The notes under the pieces are model-generated. The model did no database searches. It had not been told where the DNA came from and saw only the letters and a program-made list of their open reading frames with translations. The position numbers were made by a program, and so were the translations under genes. A stretch of 64,000 nt of DNA from Sphaerodactylus townsendi (lineage: Eukaryota): NCBI RefSeq assembly GCF_021028975.2, contig NC_059431.1, positions 101,928,001 through 101,992,000 on the forward strand. Direction: 5' to 3'. Below, one piece after another: positions 12,841 through 25,913 of the stretch (its first letter is position 1; every line of letters begins with the position of its first letter).

Positions 12841-13145
12841 AGAGAAGAAGAAGAGTTTGGATTTCTACCCTACCTTTCTCTCCTGTAAGGAGTCTCAAGG
12901 CAGCTTACAAACTCCTTTTCCTTTCCTCCCCCCACAACAGACACCTAGTGAAATAGATGGGGCTGAGAGAGTTCTGAGAGAACGGGGACTGAGCCAAGGT
13001 CACCCAGCAGGCTTCATGTGTAGGAGCGGGGAAGCAAATCCAGTTCACCTGATAAGAGCCTGCCGCTCATGTGGAGGAGTGGGGAATCAAACCCAGCTCT
13101 CCCGATCAGAGTCCACCTGCTCTTAACTGCTGCACCACACTGGCC
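12841..13145 (-). mobile_element. Squam3-like SINE
   Basis: Same family motifs; (GAA)n on the plus strand. Confidence 0.75.
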
Positions 13146-14402
13146 CTGCTGGTCTTTGGCTGCAAGATTAAACAGGAGGCTAATTGAAGTTATTCCAGAG
13201 AAAACCTGCCCTGAGTCAGGCCTCCATGGATCAGGGAAGTTTGAGTTCAAATAAGTGTTGTCGGTCTTGATAGTGCTGATTGTTGTTTCTTTTCTGTGCT
13301 AGATAGGCATCTTTTTTGCAAGTGCTGGGCAAACACATCCTGGCATTTCCCCCCACCCCAATTTTTCTGGATACTAGCAATGCTTCTTGATTCTCCTGCA
13401 TTTATTAACAGTGGGGAATCTGACGTGCTCTTATTCCTTGGCTCAGAATGATTCCACTCCCCAGGAATCAGCAAAAAAAAAAAAGGGGGGGGGTCCGTGT
13501 TAGGGGTTTCCCTGCCCTGTGTAGTGCAGTGATTTTTTTATAAGATGCCCAGATTTTTCATAAGATCCAGTGCAGTGATTTTTTTAATAAGATGTGCATG
13601 TACCCTTTTTATGGTACTTTAGGATGTCTTTTGTTCGTCGCTCATTATATCCTAAGGACAGAAATAGCCTTTTTGAGCCTCTGGAAACCTTTGGAATTCT
13701 GACAAAAGATGATGGGCGCAACCAGAGAATGGCTGCCACAGGAGGTGGAGCCAACCCCAAAAGGGGTGCTGCAGGAGGCGGAGCCACACACGCACAGGAA
13801 GACCAAGTGCAGGGGGAAAGGGGGCAAGTAAAAATAAACTAGGAAGAGGAGTTAGGATAAAACCAACACTGTGAGGACAGCTGCAGCTGAAACAACAGTA
13901 TTTAATCTGCCTAGCCGATTGGATCTCCAGTGGCCAGTCAGTAGCCATGTCTGGCAAGTGCTTGATCTGGCCTCACCCACTTCTTACCAACACCTGGTGG
14001 ATGCCAGGAAAGGTGTCAGTGGGCATTTTGGTGCTCATGAGCACCATCTTGGGGACCATCCTCTGGTTTATGCAGTCTGAGTTTGCTTTGGCTCCTTCTG
14101 ATAAAATATGTATTTTCCTGTTCCTATGTCATTGTTCCAGTATAGAAACTTGCATGGTGACCTTGCGCCATTCACACGCTCTCAGTCTCGACCCTGGCAA
14201 TTATGTGGAGGGGAGGCCTCCAAGGAATACCAGGGTTGTAAGGCAGAGGCAGGCAATGGCAAATCACCTCTGAATGTCTCTAGCCTGGAAAACCCAACAG
14301 GGTTGCCACAAGTCATCTGTGACTACAGAAAAAAAAACACCCAATTCATTCTTCATCTGTTGTTTACTCTTGAGAGAGTAGATGAACACTGTAACTATCT
14401 GA

Positions 14403-14947
14403 GGCTGATTCTGCATGGGCCAAATAGAATGGGTTGAGGCCTTTTAAAAAAATGGGGGGGAGTTCCCAAAGAACTCACCCCCCAAAAGCTTCTAACCCAT
14501 TGAATTTTCCAGAACCCAGGTTAAATGAAAGTCACTAAGTTAGCAACTTTTTTTTCTTGAACTTGGGTTTCAATTGCTTCCTCCTTGCCTGTGAATTACG
14601 GCAAGCAGGAAGCGTTCAATTCCCACCTCCTTCTGTCCACCATTAGGATGGATTCCCCAGGCAGCTGTCATTAGAGTGGATTTTCTAATAGGCGGCCGCC
14701 ATGCCGTGCAGAGAGGTGGGGACTTTTTGGATTGGGGGGGGGGGGTTCTCGGTTGGGTGGATTCTCTCGTGGGGGATTCTCAGCTCTGCACTTTGCACGG
14801 ACCCATTATGTTTCCTGTGCGAACCGTGCTGCCTCCTGCTGCTGGGATCCCAGTGATCCGGGCTGGCCCCTGCAGCCGCCATGCAAACTGTGGCACAGGC
14901 CACTGAAACGGGTTCCACGAACCCATGTTGCCTGTGCAGAACCAGCC
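14403..14947. mobile_element. Probable PIF/Harbinger-like non-autonomous element
   Basis: Terminal inverted repeat GGCTGATTCTGCA/TGCAGAACCAGCC; 3-bp flanks TGA/TTA. Confidence 0.45.
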
Positions 14948-16059
14948 TTAGTTGCTTTGGTGGTGTCAGCGGCCCTGAAAGGAACAGCCCTTTTGCAAAT
15001 ATGGTACAGAAACCTGAGTTCGTTCACGGATTGGTTCACGGATTGGTGCATGGTTCACGGATTGCTCCTCATCTCATTACTTTTTGAACCCTGTTTTAAA
15101 TGACAAAGTACACTTATTGTGGCATCAATAGTGAATGATGCATGATTGCCTAGGATTGGATTGCTAAAACACGCACTTTGGGTGTATATTACAAGAATAA
15201 AATGATGGTTTATATTTTGAAAGTTAATATCTGACACTTTTGGTACCAGAACTAAGAAAGCAAAGCAGAAGTCTGTTTCTGTAAGCCACTGACAGAACTC
15301 AGAACTCAAGAATGTAACTCTCTTTTTTTTAGGATTGCAGTGTTACTTAGAAGGCAACTTTTGTTCTTTGACAAGGCACTCTCCTAGTGTTTTTGTGTTT
15401 GTTTGCTAGCATTTAGGATATAGCACAAGTCAGAGATTAGAGATCTGACCCATATATCTTTGCTCCAGAGGGCTGATGAGAGCAGACATTTTCTAGCATT
15501 CTACCTTCTTTTAAATGTCTCTCTTCATTCAGCTCACAAGAGGTCTTCTTATAATTAAAAAAAAGTCCCTTTAAGTCTGAGAAAGCAATTATTTTCCCCC
15601 ATGGAGAACTGAGCCACATAAGGATTTAGCCTGTAGTACTACATACATTTAATGCAGAGTAAACTCCGCTGTATTCAGTGAGTCATTTCTGAGTAGACAT
15701 GCCTAGGATATATTTGCAAGTAATTTATCTCTGGTGGGAGTGAGGTTGGTAAAGAGTCAAAAATAACTTTATAATTAAATTGGTCCCCGCTGATCGGTCG
15801 ATGGAGACAGACATGTAAAGCGCCACCTGATGCCAGGTAAAGAAGCTTTTGTCAACAGGAAGAGACCGGGCTCTCCTGTTTTGTTACTTGAGGCTGCTGG
15901 CTTGTAATGAATGATTAAGATGGGCATGTGCAGGTAGACTGTACCATATTTGCAAAAGTGGAATTACTGTGGCTGTTCCTTTCAGGGCTGCTGACACCAC
16001 AAAAGCAACTCAGATGGTTACAGGGTTCATCTAATGTCTAATGAACATTCTTGTGGATT

Positions 16060-16479
16060 GGTTGTGGTGGGTTTTCCGGCTCTGTGGCCGTGGTCTGATA
16101 GATCTTGTTCCTAATGTTTTGCCTGCGTCTGTGGCTGGCATCTTCAGAGGTGTATCACAGAGGGAAGTCTGTTCACTGTGTCCAAACTTCCCTCTGTGAT
16201 ACACCTCTGAAGATGCCAGCCACAGATGCAGGTGAAACGTTAGAAACAGGATCCACCAGACCACGGCCACTCAGCCTGGAAAACCCACAACATCCAGGGC
16301 CCCTTCCACACAGGCAGAACGTTGAACTTTCAATCCACTTTCACAATTGTTTGCAAGTGGATTTTGCTATTCCGCAGAATAAAATCCAGCTTCAAAATGC
16401 ATTGAAAGTGGATTGAAAGTGTATTATTCTGCGTTTGCGGAAGAGACCGAGTTGAATCCGGCCATGAAAGCCTTCAACA
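16060..16479. mobile_element. Penelope-like element remnant (inverted pseudo-LTR hairpin, arms 16061-16168 and 16186-16291), with a nested palindromic MITE at 16298-16448
   Basis: CTGAAGATGCCAGCCACAGATGCAGG.GAAACGT motif; CCGGCCATGAAAGCCTTC end; 13-bp direct repeat ATTCTTGTGGATT at 16047-16059 and 16480-16492. Confidence 0.75.
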
Positions 16480-16862
16480 ATTCTTGTGGATTTTTTTTTT
16501 TTTGGGGGGGGGGGGGGGGATCTGAGCTAGCCCAACACTGGGATTAGATGGGTTAGAGATAACCCTATTAGCATGTGAATATAAGCAGTTTTGAAACTCT
16601 TAACACTTTGGATAATCAGATCTTCATCATAGATAATAGATTACAATTTTTAGAAAAAAGCCTTTCAAATTTGAGTGATCTAAACTTGCCAAAGCAGCTG
16701 CTGATGTAGCGTAACAATGAAGACCGAGATGTAAATGAGGAAGTCTCTGATTCGAGCTTTGATGCTGTCATAAAGAACCTTAACACAAGAACCTTCTGTT
16801 AATAAGACTGCAAAGAAGATGAAAGGTTGGTTCAGTTGTGTGCTTTCTTACATACGACACAG

Positions 16863-16958
16863 GCGATCATGACATCATACTTGAAGCAGTTAACAGCGAA
16901 GAAGGATCAGGAGGTTGAAAACACAAAGCACATTGCAGAAGCTGCTAATGAACTTAAG
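16863..16958 (+). CDS. TRIM14: TRIM14 exon 2, coiled coil (AIMTSYLKQLTAKKDQEVENTKHIAEAANELK)
   Basis: acag acceptor and AAG|gtaaga donor; 96-nt phase 0-0 exon typical of TRIM genes; similar to recalled human CLKQLAIKKQQ...ATEKLK. Confidence 0.9.
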
Positions 16959-17124
16959 GTAAGACAAAAAGGGGAAAGGGTCCTTTATTTTTGATGTGCA
17001 CATTAGTGTCCATGGATTTGAATATGGATCCCTGGCCACAGGAATTCTAAATTCAGTCTAAATACGCTAGAAGAGGAGACCGAGGGAAAGGTAGATCCTT
17101 TGTAAGTTAAACAAAGTCATATAC

Positions 17125-17246
17125 TTGCTGGATTCAGGAAAGGAAGAGGCACTAGAAATCATATTGCAGATTTATGTTGGTGAGAGAACTTCAGACAAAA
17201 ATCAGCTTGTGTTTTATAGAGGGCAGTGAAGCTTTTGACTGTGTGC
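17125..17246 (+). mobile_element. RTE/BovB-like reverse transcriptase fragment
   Basis: Degenerate AGFRKGRGTRNHIA...KISLCFI....AFDCV. Confidence 0.65.
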
Positions 17247-17689
17247 AAATACCTGTTTAATTTTTTTTGAAAGGCTGCCGCCTCCATCCCAACATGGTTT
17301 ATTATTTTAACAGTCCAGCATCAACACTGATTTTTAAATCACCATTTTATTAATTTTCCAGTAACAGAATCTTCTCTCGCAACTGACAGCCGTGTATAGT
17401 ACCGGTGGGAACTTTTATTTTACAAGTTGTAAAGAATATTGCGTGAATGACAAACAAACCTCGGCTCAAACTGTACTGATGTGTTAATGTGTTCTGGAAT
17501 ATTTTCATCCCAAGCAAAACCTTTTCTTAAAGGGTCTCCCCGTTAGAGGGAAACTTCATTTATGTGGCTAACTTTTCTGTGTGCCTTGCCTTTCTGAACC
17601 GTTCTTTTATGGAAGCAACATCTGCACATACACACTTGGAGTCATTTCGTGGTTTGGTAATAATGAATGTGCTTTGTCAGTGTCTAGAC

Positions 17690-17836
17690 CAGGGGTCTGC
17701 AACCTGTGGCTCTCCAGATGGTCATGGACTACAATTCCCATCAGCCCCTGCCAGCAGGGCCAATTGACCATGCTGGCAGGGGCTTATGGGAATTGTAGTC
17801 CATAACATCAGGAGTGCCAAAGGTTTGCCACCACGG
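17690..17836. mobile_element. Palindromic hAT MITE with mismatched (chimeric) termini
   Basis: Left end CAGGGGTCTGCAACC, right end GGTTTGCCACCACGG; no matching TSD. Confidence 0.75.
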
Positions 17837-18617
17837 GCATAGGTGGATTATTCTTAAGCTTTTTTGCCCACCCACTTTCAAATGCTTGCCAAGGCTGTCT
17901 CTTAATAGATTTTCCCAGAAACTGGAATTAACCTCAGCTGTTGAAACACAACTTGGGAGAGAGGGAGAATTTGTGAGTAAAATTAAGCAAGTGAAGATAA
18001 CATCATTAGGAGGATTGGGCTGTGCTGTCACCAATATATGGGTGATAACCAGCTCTATCTTTCTTGCCCACCTGATTCCAAGGATTCTGTTGAAATTCTG
18101 AGCCAGTTCTTAAAGTCAGTAATGGGCTGGATGAAGGTGAATGGGCTGAGACTTATTGGTCATGCTAGCAGGGGCTGGTGGGAATTGTAGTCCATGAACA
18201 TCTGGAGCACCATAGGTTGGCCACCCCTGGTTTAAGTGAAGTAAAAATAAGGTGCCTAGTGATACCAGTTTGATAAACACTAATGCTTGGACAGTCACTT
18301 CAGACATCCATATAAGTGGCTTTCATCAGCGTTACTGGTGAGATACCTGAAAGCAATCAGTGCTCTGTCCTCTGGGCTCTTTTACATGGCGCAAGGAAAG
18401 CGTTCCAATCATTTTACAGAACTACAAAAAAAAAAATTGTTCCTATTCAAAGTGACTTACTTCACCGACATTGCTTTTTAAAGCAGAGAAACGTATTGAC
18501 AGCCTGCAGGCTCTTTTTTCCCTTTCCCTAAAACACCTTTTAAATATTTAGAATTATTAACTTCCTTTAGTTGTATGCTGCTTTGAGTATACAAATAATG
18601 TAAGGGTAAACAATGAT

Positions 18618-19060
18618 GCGGCTGGCCTCCACTCGGGCCAGGGCCTTTTCAGCCTTGGCCCCTGCCTGGTGGAACACTCTTCCTCCAGCTGTCCGGGCCC
18701 TGCGGGATCTTAGTGAATTCCGCAGGGCCTGTAAGACTGAGTTGTTCCATCGGGCTTTTGGAGTGCCCAGCCGCTGATCGAGGTGCCCCTTCTATTCCTC
18801 CGGTTTCGGAGTCCCCCTGTCATCTAGGGGACCCACTTTTGTTCTGTTTCCCCCTCCTTGGGAGGGTTTAATGGGGGTTATTGCTGACGCCATTTTTACT
18901 GAATCTACTGCTGTGTTTTAAATTCTTAAATTTAAATTATTTTAATTTAATGGGGGTTTTGTCTGTATATATTGTATGTGGAATCTGTGTTGTGCACCGC
19001 CCAGAGCCCTCCAGGGGTTGGGCGGTATAAAAATCCCACAAACAAACAAACAAACAAACA
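18618..19060 (+). mobile_element. L2 LINE 3' fragment
   Basis: ORF2 end RAFSALAPAWWNTLP...FRRACKTELFHRAF; terminal stem-loop CCGCCCAGAG..GGGCGGTATA; (ACAA)n tail. Confidence 0.75.
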
Positions 19061-19906
19061 TGCCATTCAAACCAAGGTTAGACATAAAAGCAAGAGCGTT
19101 TTGCTTTCTAGAGTTTTCTCCGACTCAATCTTGTTCAACTTTTTTTTGGAAATTTCGAGAACCGATGGCAGAATGTCACAACAAAAGGACTGCCATTGTG
19201 GAGGGACGGGGATCAGTCCAGAAATGGAGGTCAGACAGGCTGAGTCCAGTTCATGTGCGCCACAAAGTGCTAGAAGGCGCCAAGCCATGCATCTTGGTAC
19301 GATGAAGACATCACTTTCCAAACAGGGGCTCCTTGCAGGCATTAAGGAGATGCCTCCTAGGCTCTGCTGAACGGATGAAATCCAGGATTGGCTCTTTGCT
19401 TTGGGGAAGAAGGAAGCGGGAACCAGGAAGCACAGTGACAGGTGTCACTGTGGCCAGTTGCTGCCAAAACAAAACACAAAGAAGCAGGCGTCTGCAAATT
19501 AGCTCACCAAAGGCTAACATTCCTAGTGAGACGGACAACCGGCAGCACAAGTTCCCTCTGTAGATCTCTCACCAATGCTTTGATTCAACCTTGGCATGGG
19601 ACAGGATTAGTCTCACCTGTGGCTGTATGCCTTCACTGCACACCGGGGAAGATGAGAGAAATTCACCTTTCCCTCAAATCCTGTTTGCGTGTCCTGTTTG
19701 GTTTTGGGTGGGTCTTTCCTTGCTGCAGCTGAGGATTTGAAAGCGATAAGAAACCGCAGGAATCCTTCGTTCTTTCTTGGCAAGCACCAACCAGAGAGGT
19801 CTGGGCCTCTCTGTCATGCCGTCTGCACATGCCAGAGGACTTGGGAAAGAGTCTGAGCTTTGAAGGGCGAAAACACACAAGCAGGCTAGTAAACCAGACA
19901 AATTTT

Positions 19907-20518
19907 GAGCCAGCAGTATGATGCAGCAGCCAAGAAAGCCAGTGCAATTCTGGGCTGCATCAATAGAAGTATAGTGTCTATCGAGGGATGTAATTGTACC
20001 TCTCTATTCTGCATTGGTTAGACCTCACCTGGAATATTGTGTACAGTTCTGGGCACTGCAATTCAAGAAGGATATTGACAAACTGGAACAGGTCCAGAGA
20101 AAGGCAGCCAAAATGGTAAAAGGTGTAAAATCCATGCCTACGAGGAAAGACTTAGAAAGCTTGGTATGTTTAGTTTGGTAAAAAAAAGGTTAAGAGAAGA
20201 CATGGTAGCCATGTTTAGATATTTGAAGGGATGTCATGATGGTGAGGGAGCAAGTTTGTTTTCTGCTGCTCCAGAGACTAGGACAAGGAGTAATGGGTTC
20301 AAGGTGAAGGACGAGAGATTCCACCTAAACATTAGGAAAAACTTCCTGACAGTAAGGGCTGTTCGACAGTGAAATGCACTACCTTGGAGTGTGGGGGAGT
20401 CTCCTTCTTTGGAGGTTTTTAAAGAGAGGCTGGATGGCCATCTGACAGGATCCTGCATTGCAGGGGGTTGGACTTGATGGCCCTTGAGGTTTCTTCCAAC
20501 TCTATCATTCGATGAATA
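19907..20518 (+). mobile_element. CR1 LINE 3' fragment
   Basis: ORF2 remnant [23 protein letters not shown]...RFHLNIRKNFLTVRAV; CR1-type 3' end CTTCCAACTCTAT. Confidence 0.85.
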
Positions 20519-21872
20519 TTCGTAAACCCCTACAAAAAGTTTTTTCCCTTGTCATCTGGAAGTGGCCGGTCTAACACAAGATGTTCCAGAGAGCTGTGGT
20601 GCATATCACCAAGGAAGTGATATGCTCTGCGCACATCTTGATCTTCTGAAAAGGAAGTACATGGAACAAGTCCGTTTCATAACTCTCAGGAACTGATGAA
20701 GTGAATATGAAAGTTGGTGGTTCCACAGATACATTGGGCCTAATACACCGTTTGATTACTTAGAACATTTATATGGCGCCTCTCTTCACACCTGCTCAAG
20801 GCAGCTCACAAAGTTAAAACAATGCCACAAAATTATAACATAAGAATTCCCAGTATAGTATAAGCTATAAAACAGCATTCATCAGCTGAAAACGGTATTC
20901 ACAAGGCTAGAAGTGGACTCTAAATCCCTTTTAAACAAATGAAGCGCTTCAGTTGAAAGCCGGTGGGGGGAGGGGGGGGCATTTCTTTTTGGCACCTACA
21001 AGACACTAAAGTGGGTGTCTGGAAAACCTCGGGGGCCTTCCAGAGGGGTGCTACCAATGATAAATCCCTGTCTCTGGTTTTAGGGATTTAACTGGTTTTA
21101 GGGATTTAATAACATCAGTGGCTTGTTTGTTTTCATCCTTCATGAAAGCAAACTGGCAGCCGCCACAGAAAGTGATATGAATGATGTTCTCCCCATATTT
21201 TATAAAGCAGAAAAGAAGCATTATTGCCCCCTTTATCGCAATACCTTGATATGTCTGCAGGGCAGGTGGTTGAAATCAATTATCAGAAGACCTGCTTGCC
21301 TGGGCCACTCCTTTTCACTTGGATTAAAGGTCAGGCAAGCTTCAGGTGCACAGGAGCAAACAGGTGCCTTCCGCCTGGTTTTCAGGTTGGCAAGATGCCA
21401 CTGCTGCTACTTGGTTGCCAGCTTCTTAGCAGAGGCAGAACAAGCTACTTTTAGACTTGGGATTCAGTTGCCACATCATTTGCATCAAGTGTCATGATCT
21501 CTATAATATTTGCTTCTTTTGTAAGCCATATCTACTAAGGCTAATTTGCAACAGGTAGCTATAAAGCTAGTAAAATAGAGCAAGAGTCCAACGACACCTT
21601 AAAGATAAACAAAACTGCATATGGTTTTGTGAGTCACAGTTCACTTTATCAGGTGCTTTGCTTGGATTTTACTGAGCAAAAAAAATTACCAAGCCAAAAT
21701 TTCCAAGGGAACAGTACCCCTGTATGTTTTGCCAGGCTCTGTTCATCTTAGTGCACCAGCTGGAGTAATGGTCCACATACCGGTCTTACTAATGAAACCC
21801 TACTGCAAGTTTGGAAGTCCTAAGAGAGTATGCAGATACTAGGTAGAGAGTAAAAATCAGTGGTGAAAGCTT

Positions 21873-22154
21873 AAGAAGATTTGGTTTTTACACCCTGCTT
21901 TTATCTACCTTTAAGGATAAAATGGCCTATAATCACCTTTCCTTCCCCTCCCCACAACAGACACCTTGTAAGGTAGCTGTGGCTGAGAGAGTTCTGAGAG
22001 AACTGTGACTGACCCGAAGTCACCCAGCCAGCTTCATGCGTAGGAGTGGGGAAACAAACCTGATTTACCAGATTAGAGTCCACTGCTCCTGTGGAGATGT
22101 GAGGAATCAAATCCAGCTCTCCAGATCAGAGTCTACCACACTTAACCACTACAC
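21873..22154 (-). mobile_element. Squam3-like SINE, head interrupted by a hAT insertion
   Basis: Family motifs; sequence resumes after 22588. Confidence 0.7.
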
Positions 22155-22588
22155 CAGGGGTAGGGAACCTTTAACACTCAAAGAGCCATTTGGACCCATT
22201 TTCCATGGGAAAAGAAAACACTTGGAGCCGCAAATAATTTTTGATATTTAAAATGAAGATAACACTGTATATATTGGGGTTTTTTTACCTTTTACTCCGC
22301 TCATTCTGAGAAGCGCATGGATGCGCCCACCCTGCTGCCTGCAGGGCAGGCAAGGATGGGGCCAGCGGCTCGGCCTCGCCGGCTGCCGGGAAAGCGCCCG
22401 CCCTGCTCCAACAGGGCAGGCGAGAGGGGAAGCCCGCGGCGCGGCCCAGCCGGCTGCAGGCAATTGGTGCGCCCACCCTGCTGCCTGCAGGGCGGGCAAG
22501 GATGGGGCCAGCAGCTCGGCTCGTGGAGCCGCAGTGCAAGGGCAGAAGAGCCGCATGCGGCTCTCGAGTCGCAGGTTCCCTACCCCTG
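22155..22588 (+). mobile_element. GC-rich non-autonomous hAT element, copy A
   Basis: TIR CAGGGGTAGGGAACCT; perfect TSD CACTACAC; highly similar inverted copy at 29175-29611. Confidence 0.9.
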
Positions 22589-23087
22589 CACTACACCATG
22601 CTGGCTAAAGGGGGAATTATAGAGTGCATAAAAGCTGGGGAATTAGCTATCTAGATGTGAGACTGATTCCAAGCACTGAGGAATCTAAGCAAGTTACTAC
22701 AGCTACTTAGCAAGTTACTACAAAGGGAGGAGAGGCAAAATCAATAGCTGGATCATGGGATCCAGTAGAGTCCAGCATCCAGTAGAGTCCGCAGGGAGAA
22801 AACCAGGACTTTGTGTCAAATGAGGGTAGACAACGGTAGTTTCAGGGCAGACAAAAGCTCACTGGGGGTGGGGGCAACTAAGTGAGACAAGAAAATTGTC
22901 TTTCTAGTCTTGGAAACAGAGGGGTCAGAGGCAGGGGCCATATATAGCTGTGCCACTGGGATAGAATTGGGTTAGTCTTAGAAGGGAGACAGGAGACCAG
23001 AGTGCAGTTCCCTTTTCAGGGAATAGATCCTGGAAATGGCTGGTCCGAAAGCAGGCCTAATTTTTGTGTAAGTTAATGGATGTGCTA

Positions 23088-23319
23088 CCGTGTTTCCCCG
23101 AAAATAAGACAGTGTCTTATATTAATTTTTGCTCCCAAAGATGCGCTATGTCTTATTTTCAGGGGATCTCTTATTTTTCTGTGTTCTGTTCGCCGGGCAT
23201 GCTTCCAAACAAAAACTTTGCTATGTCTTACTTTCGGGGGATGCCTTATATTTCGCACTTCAGCAAAACCTCTACTATGTCTTATTTTTAGGGGATGTCT
23301 TATATTTGGGGAAACAGGG
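23088..23319. mobile_element. TcMar (Tc2-like) MITE
   Basis: TA flanks; TIR CCGTGTTTCCCCGAAAATAAGAC; second copy at 37946. Confidence 0.8.
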
Positions 23320-23599
23320 TAGTAACAATAAGCAAGGTCCAGCTAAAATGGTAAGTGGATGTGTAAGTGGGTGGCGAGAGGGTCTTTCTGTTGCAAAGTG
23401 CCCACTGCTGAGATTATGTATCTATTTAATTCATGTCGATCAAGTGTCAGTTTTTCAGCAGAAAAAGAATTGTAAAGCTCTGGACAAAAAAAAAATCTGA
23501 AAGCCCCAATAGTTCCAGAGGTATGGATATCCATATTAAGAAGTGGTTTAAAATTTTCTGTAAACCTCTCTGTCAAAGATTTTTTTAAAAAATGCTGCA

Positions 23600-24160
23600 C
23601 TAGCGGCACCTGTCATCCCTTAAATTGGCAAAAATATATATATAAAGAGTCTAAAGGGGATTGTTGGATATGAGGAGCTTTCAAGACAAATTTTATGCAT
23701 TTACGGTGGGAATGCAGTAAAACGATAGAATAATGCAACATGATTTCTAAGGGGATCTCTCAAGGTATAAGGGAAAAAGTTACCATTTCCCATTAATGTT
23801 TTCCAGTTGAATTGTGTGGATTTTCTTCCTAAAGAAGTCCATGAATCTGTGCTCAATGCTGTGAAATTGGCAAAGTTAATGCTTGCTCAAAATTGGAAGA
23901 AGGCTATAATTCCGAAGGAGGAGGAGTTGTTGGAGAAATTAGCCATGTGCATTTGTTTGTGTAAGCTAATTTTTCTGCTGCGTGGCCAAATGTCCAGAGA
24001 GTTTTGAGACACTGGATGTTTTTTTCCTGTTCAGAATGAAAAGTTCCGTTTGAGCTTCTTGAAGTTAATAACAGCTCTGTATTCAGTAATTTGATTTGAG
24101 ATCCTTGTTTGTATTTGCTTTGTTTTTCAACTTAATTTTTTAAACAACAAAAAAAGATTA
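23600..24160 (+). mobile_element. Degenerate L1/Tx1-clade LINE 3' fragment
   Basis: Remnant CW..H..W.C zinc-knuckle region and AKLMLAQNWKK..IP motif, followed by an A-rich tract. Confidence 0.45.
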
Positions 24161-24296
24161 GATGTAGGTTTTTAAAACTGCACAGAATGTTTCCTTAGAA
24201 ACCTCTTGGAATCTCATATTCTAATGGTAGGCTTATGAAATGCAGGGGAAGCTCAGCGCTACTAATTTGCCCCCGTATTTTCTTTTTGCCCCACAG

Positions 24297-24530
24297 GTGC
24301 ACATGTCAGCAAGTAAAACCTGGTTGACGGGGAAGTTTGCAGAACTCCGCCTGCTGTTTGATGAGGAAGAAGCACTGACCAAAAGATACATAGAGGAGAA
24401 GGGTCAGCAGACCCTGAAGGAGTATGAAGAGCAGATGGAGGCAAGCAAGAAGCAAATAAGGATCACAGAGAGTTTTTCAGACAGGATCAGACAAATTCAG
24501 CTGCGACCGGACCCTCTCTATTTACTGAAG
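24297..24530 (+). CDS. TRIM14: TRIM14 exon 3, coiled coil (VHMSASKTWLTGKFAELRLLFDEEE...PDPLYLLK)
   Basis: ccacag acceptor and AAG|gtaggc donor; 234 nt; matches recalled human [20 protein letters not shown]. Confidence 0.94.
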
Positions 24531-24686
24531 GTAGGCCTGTGGTCTCTCTCTGCCTGTCTGAACAACACGCTGAAAACCTCCCCTGGACTGCTTCTGCCAC
24601 ACCAATTTTATGCATATTTCAAAGGACTGCTGTTTTCAATTAGGCTTACTCCTGGGTAAGCATGGCATAGAATTGTAGCTTTAGAC

Positions 24687-24832
24687 CAGTGGTGGCGAAC
24701 CTTTGGCATTCCAGATGTTATGGACTGCAATTCCCATCAGCCCCTGCCAGCATGACCAATTGGCCATGCTGGCAGGGGCTGATGGGAATTGTAGTCCATA
24801 ACATCTGGAGTCCCAAAGGTTCGCCACCACTG
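24687..24832. mobile_element. Palindromic hAT MITE
   Basis: TIR CAGTGGTGGCGAACCT; perfect TSD CTTTAGAC. Confidence 0.9.
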
Positions 24833-24840
24833 CTTTAGAC

Positions 24841-25200
24841 AAACCAGTGTGGTGTAGTGGTTAAGAGCAGGTGAATTGCAATCTGGAGAACAGGGTTTGA
24901 TTCTCTACTCCTCCACCTGAGCAGCAGACTCTTATCTGGTGAACCAGATTTGTTTCCTTTCTCTTCCACATTAAGCCTGCTGGGTGACCTTGGGCTAGTC
25001 ACAGTTCTTCAGAACTATTTCAGACCCACCTACCACACAAGGTGCCTGTTGTGGGGAGAGGAAGGGAAAGGAGCTTGTAAGCCATCTTGAGTCTCCCTAC
25101 AGGAGAGAAAGGTGGGGCATACATCCAAACTACTACTCCTACTCCTACTCCTCGTCTTCTTCTCCTTCTTCTCCTTCTCCTTCTCCTTCTTCTTCTTCTT
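24841..25200 (+). mobile_element. Squam3-like SINE with expanded (CTACTC)n/(CTTCTC)n/(CTT)n tail
   Basis: A-box TGGTGTAGTGG, B-box GGTTTGATTCT, core, microsatellite tail. Confidence 0.8.
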
Positions 25201-25287
25201 TGTAGGAAAGGTGGGACATAGATGATTTACAGTAAATAAACAAATAAACCTTGGCCATAAAGACAGCATTTATTTCTGGATCTCCAG

Positions 25288-25450
25288 GACTATGCCACCA
25301 TTCAGAAGGAAATAGCGAAGCAGAGGGTCCCTGCAGAGCAGTGGTTTGCAGCACCCCTCTCATTTGAGCAACTTGCTAACCACTTCAGACATTTCCTGGA
25401 GATCATTCAGTCCACCTTGCAGAAGCCACTTGAAACACGGCTCAAGGAAG
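25288..25450 (+). CDS. TRIM14: TRIM14 exon 4 (DYATIQKEIAKQRVPAEQWFAAPLSFEQ...QSTLQKPLETRLKE)
   Basis: ctccag acceptor and G|gtatgt donor; 163 nt; matches recalled human PLSFE...STLQTPLDIRLKE. Confidence 0.92.
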
Positions 25451-25913
25451 GTATGTGAGAAAACACCAAACAGTTGACAACCTTCTACAGAACTGTAATG
25501 TCACCTACTGTATTTGTTCTTGTTTGCTGTTACGCAGTTTTGGATGTCTGTGGGTACTGCAGTCAGGGTGGGTTCATTACTTCCGGTTGTGGCATCAGTC
25601 ATCGCATGGAGAATTGTTAGGGAACCGCTCTACTGCTGCCTCAACTGTGCTCTGAGGGGAGAAAAGGACCCGAACTCCAAAAGGGGGTGTTGAGGGTGGG
25701 ATTCCACCAGAGTATTTTTCTGCCAAGTAAGAATGTAAGAAGAGTCCTTCTGATCCATCTAGTCCAGTATCCTGATTCGCACAGGTGTCCTGGAGGACCA
25801 AAAAAGAGGACATACAATCTTGGCCCTTTTTCTGATGTCCAGAGGTTAGCTGCCTCTGGATATGGAGGTTGTTATTGGAATGTATATGATCATCTCATTC
25901 CCGAGAGGATTGT

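Noticed and set aside
24841-24920. tRNA-like A and B boxes
   Set aside because: SINE heads continuing into CORE-like sequence; no full cloverleaf
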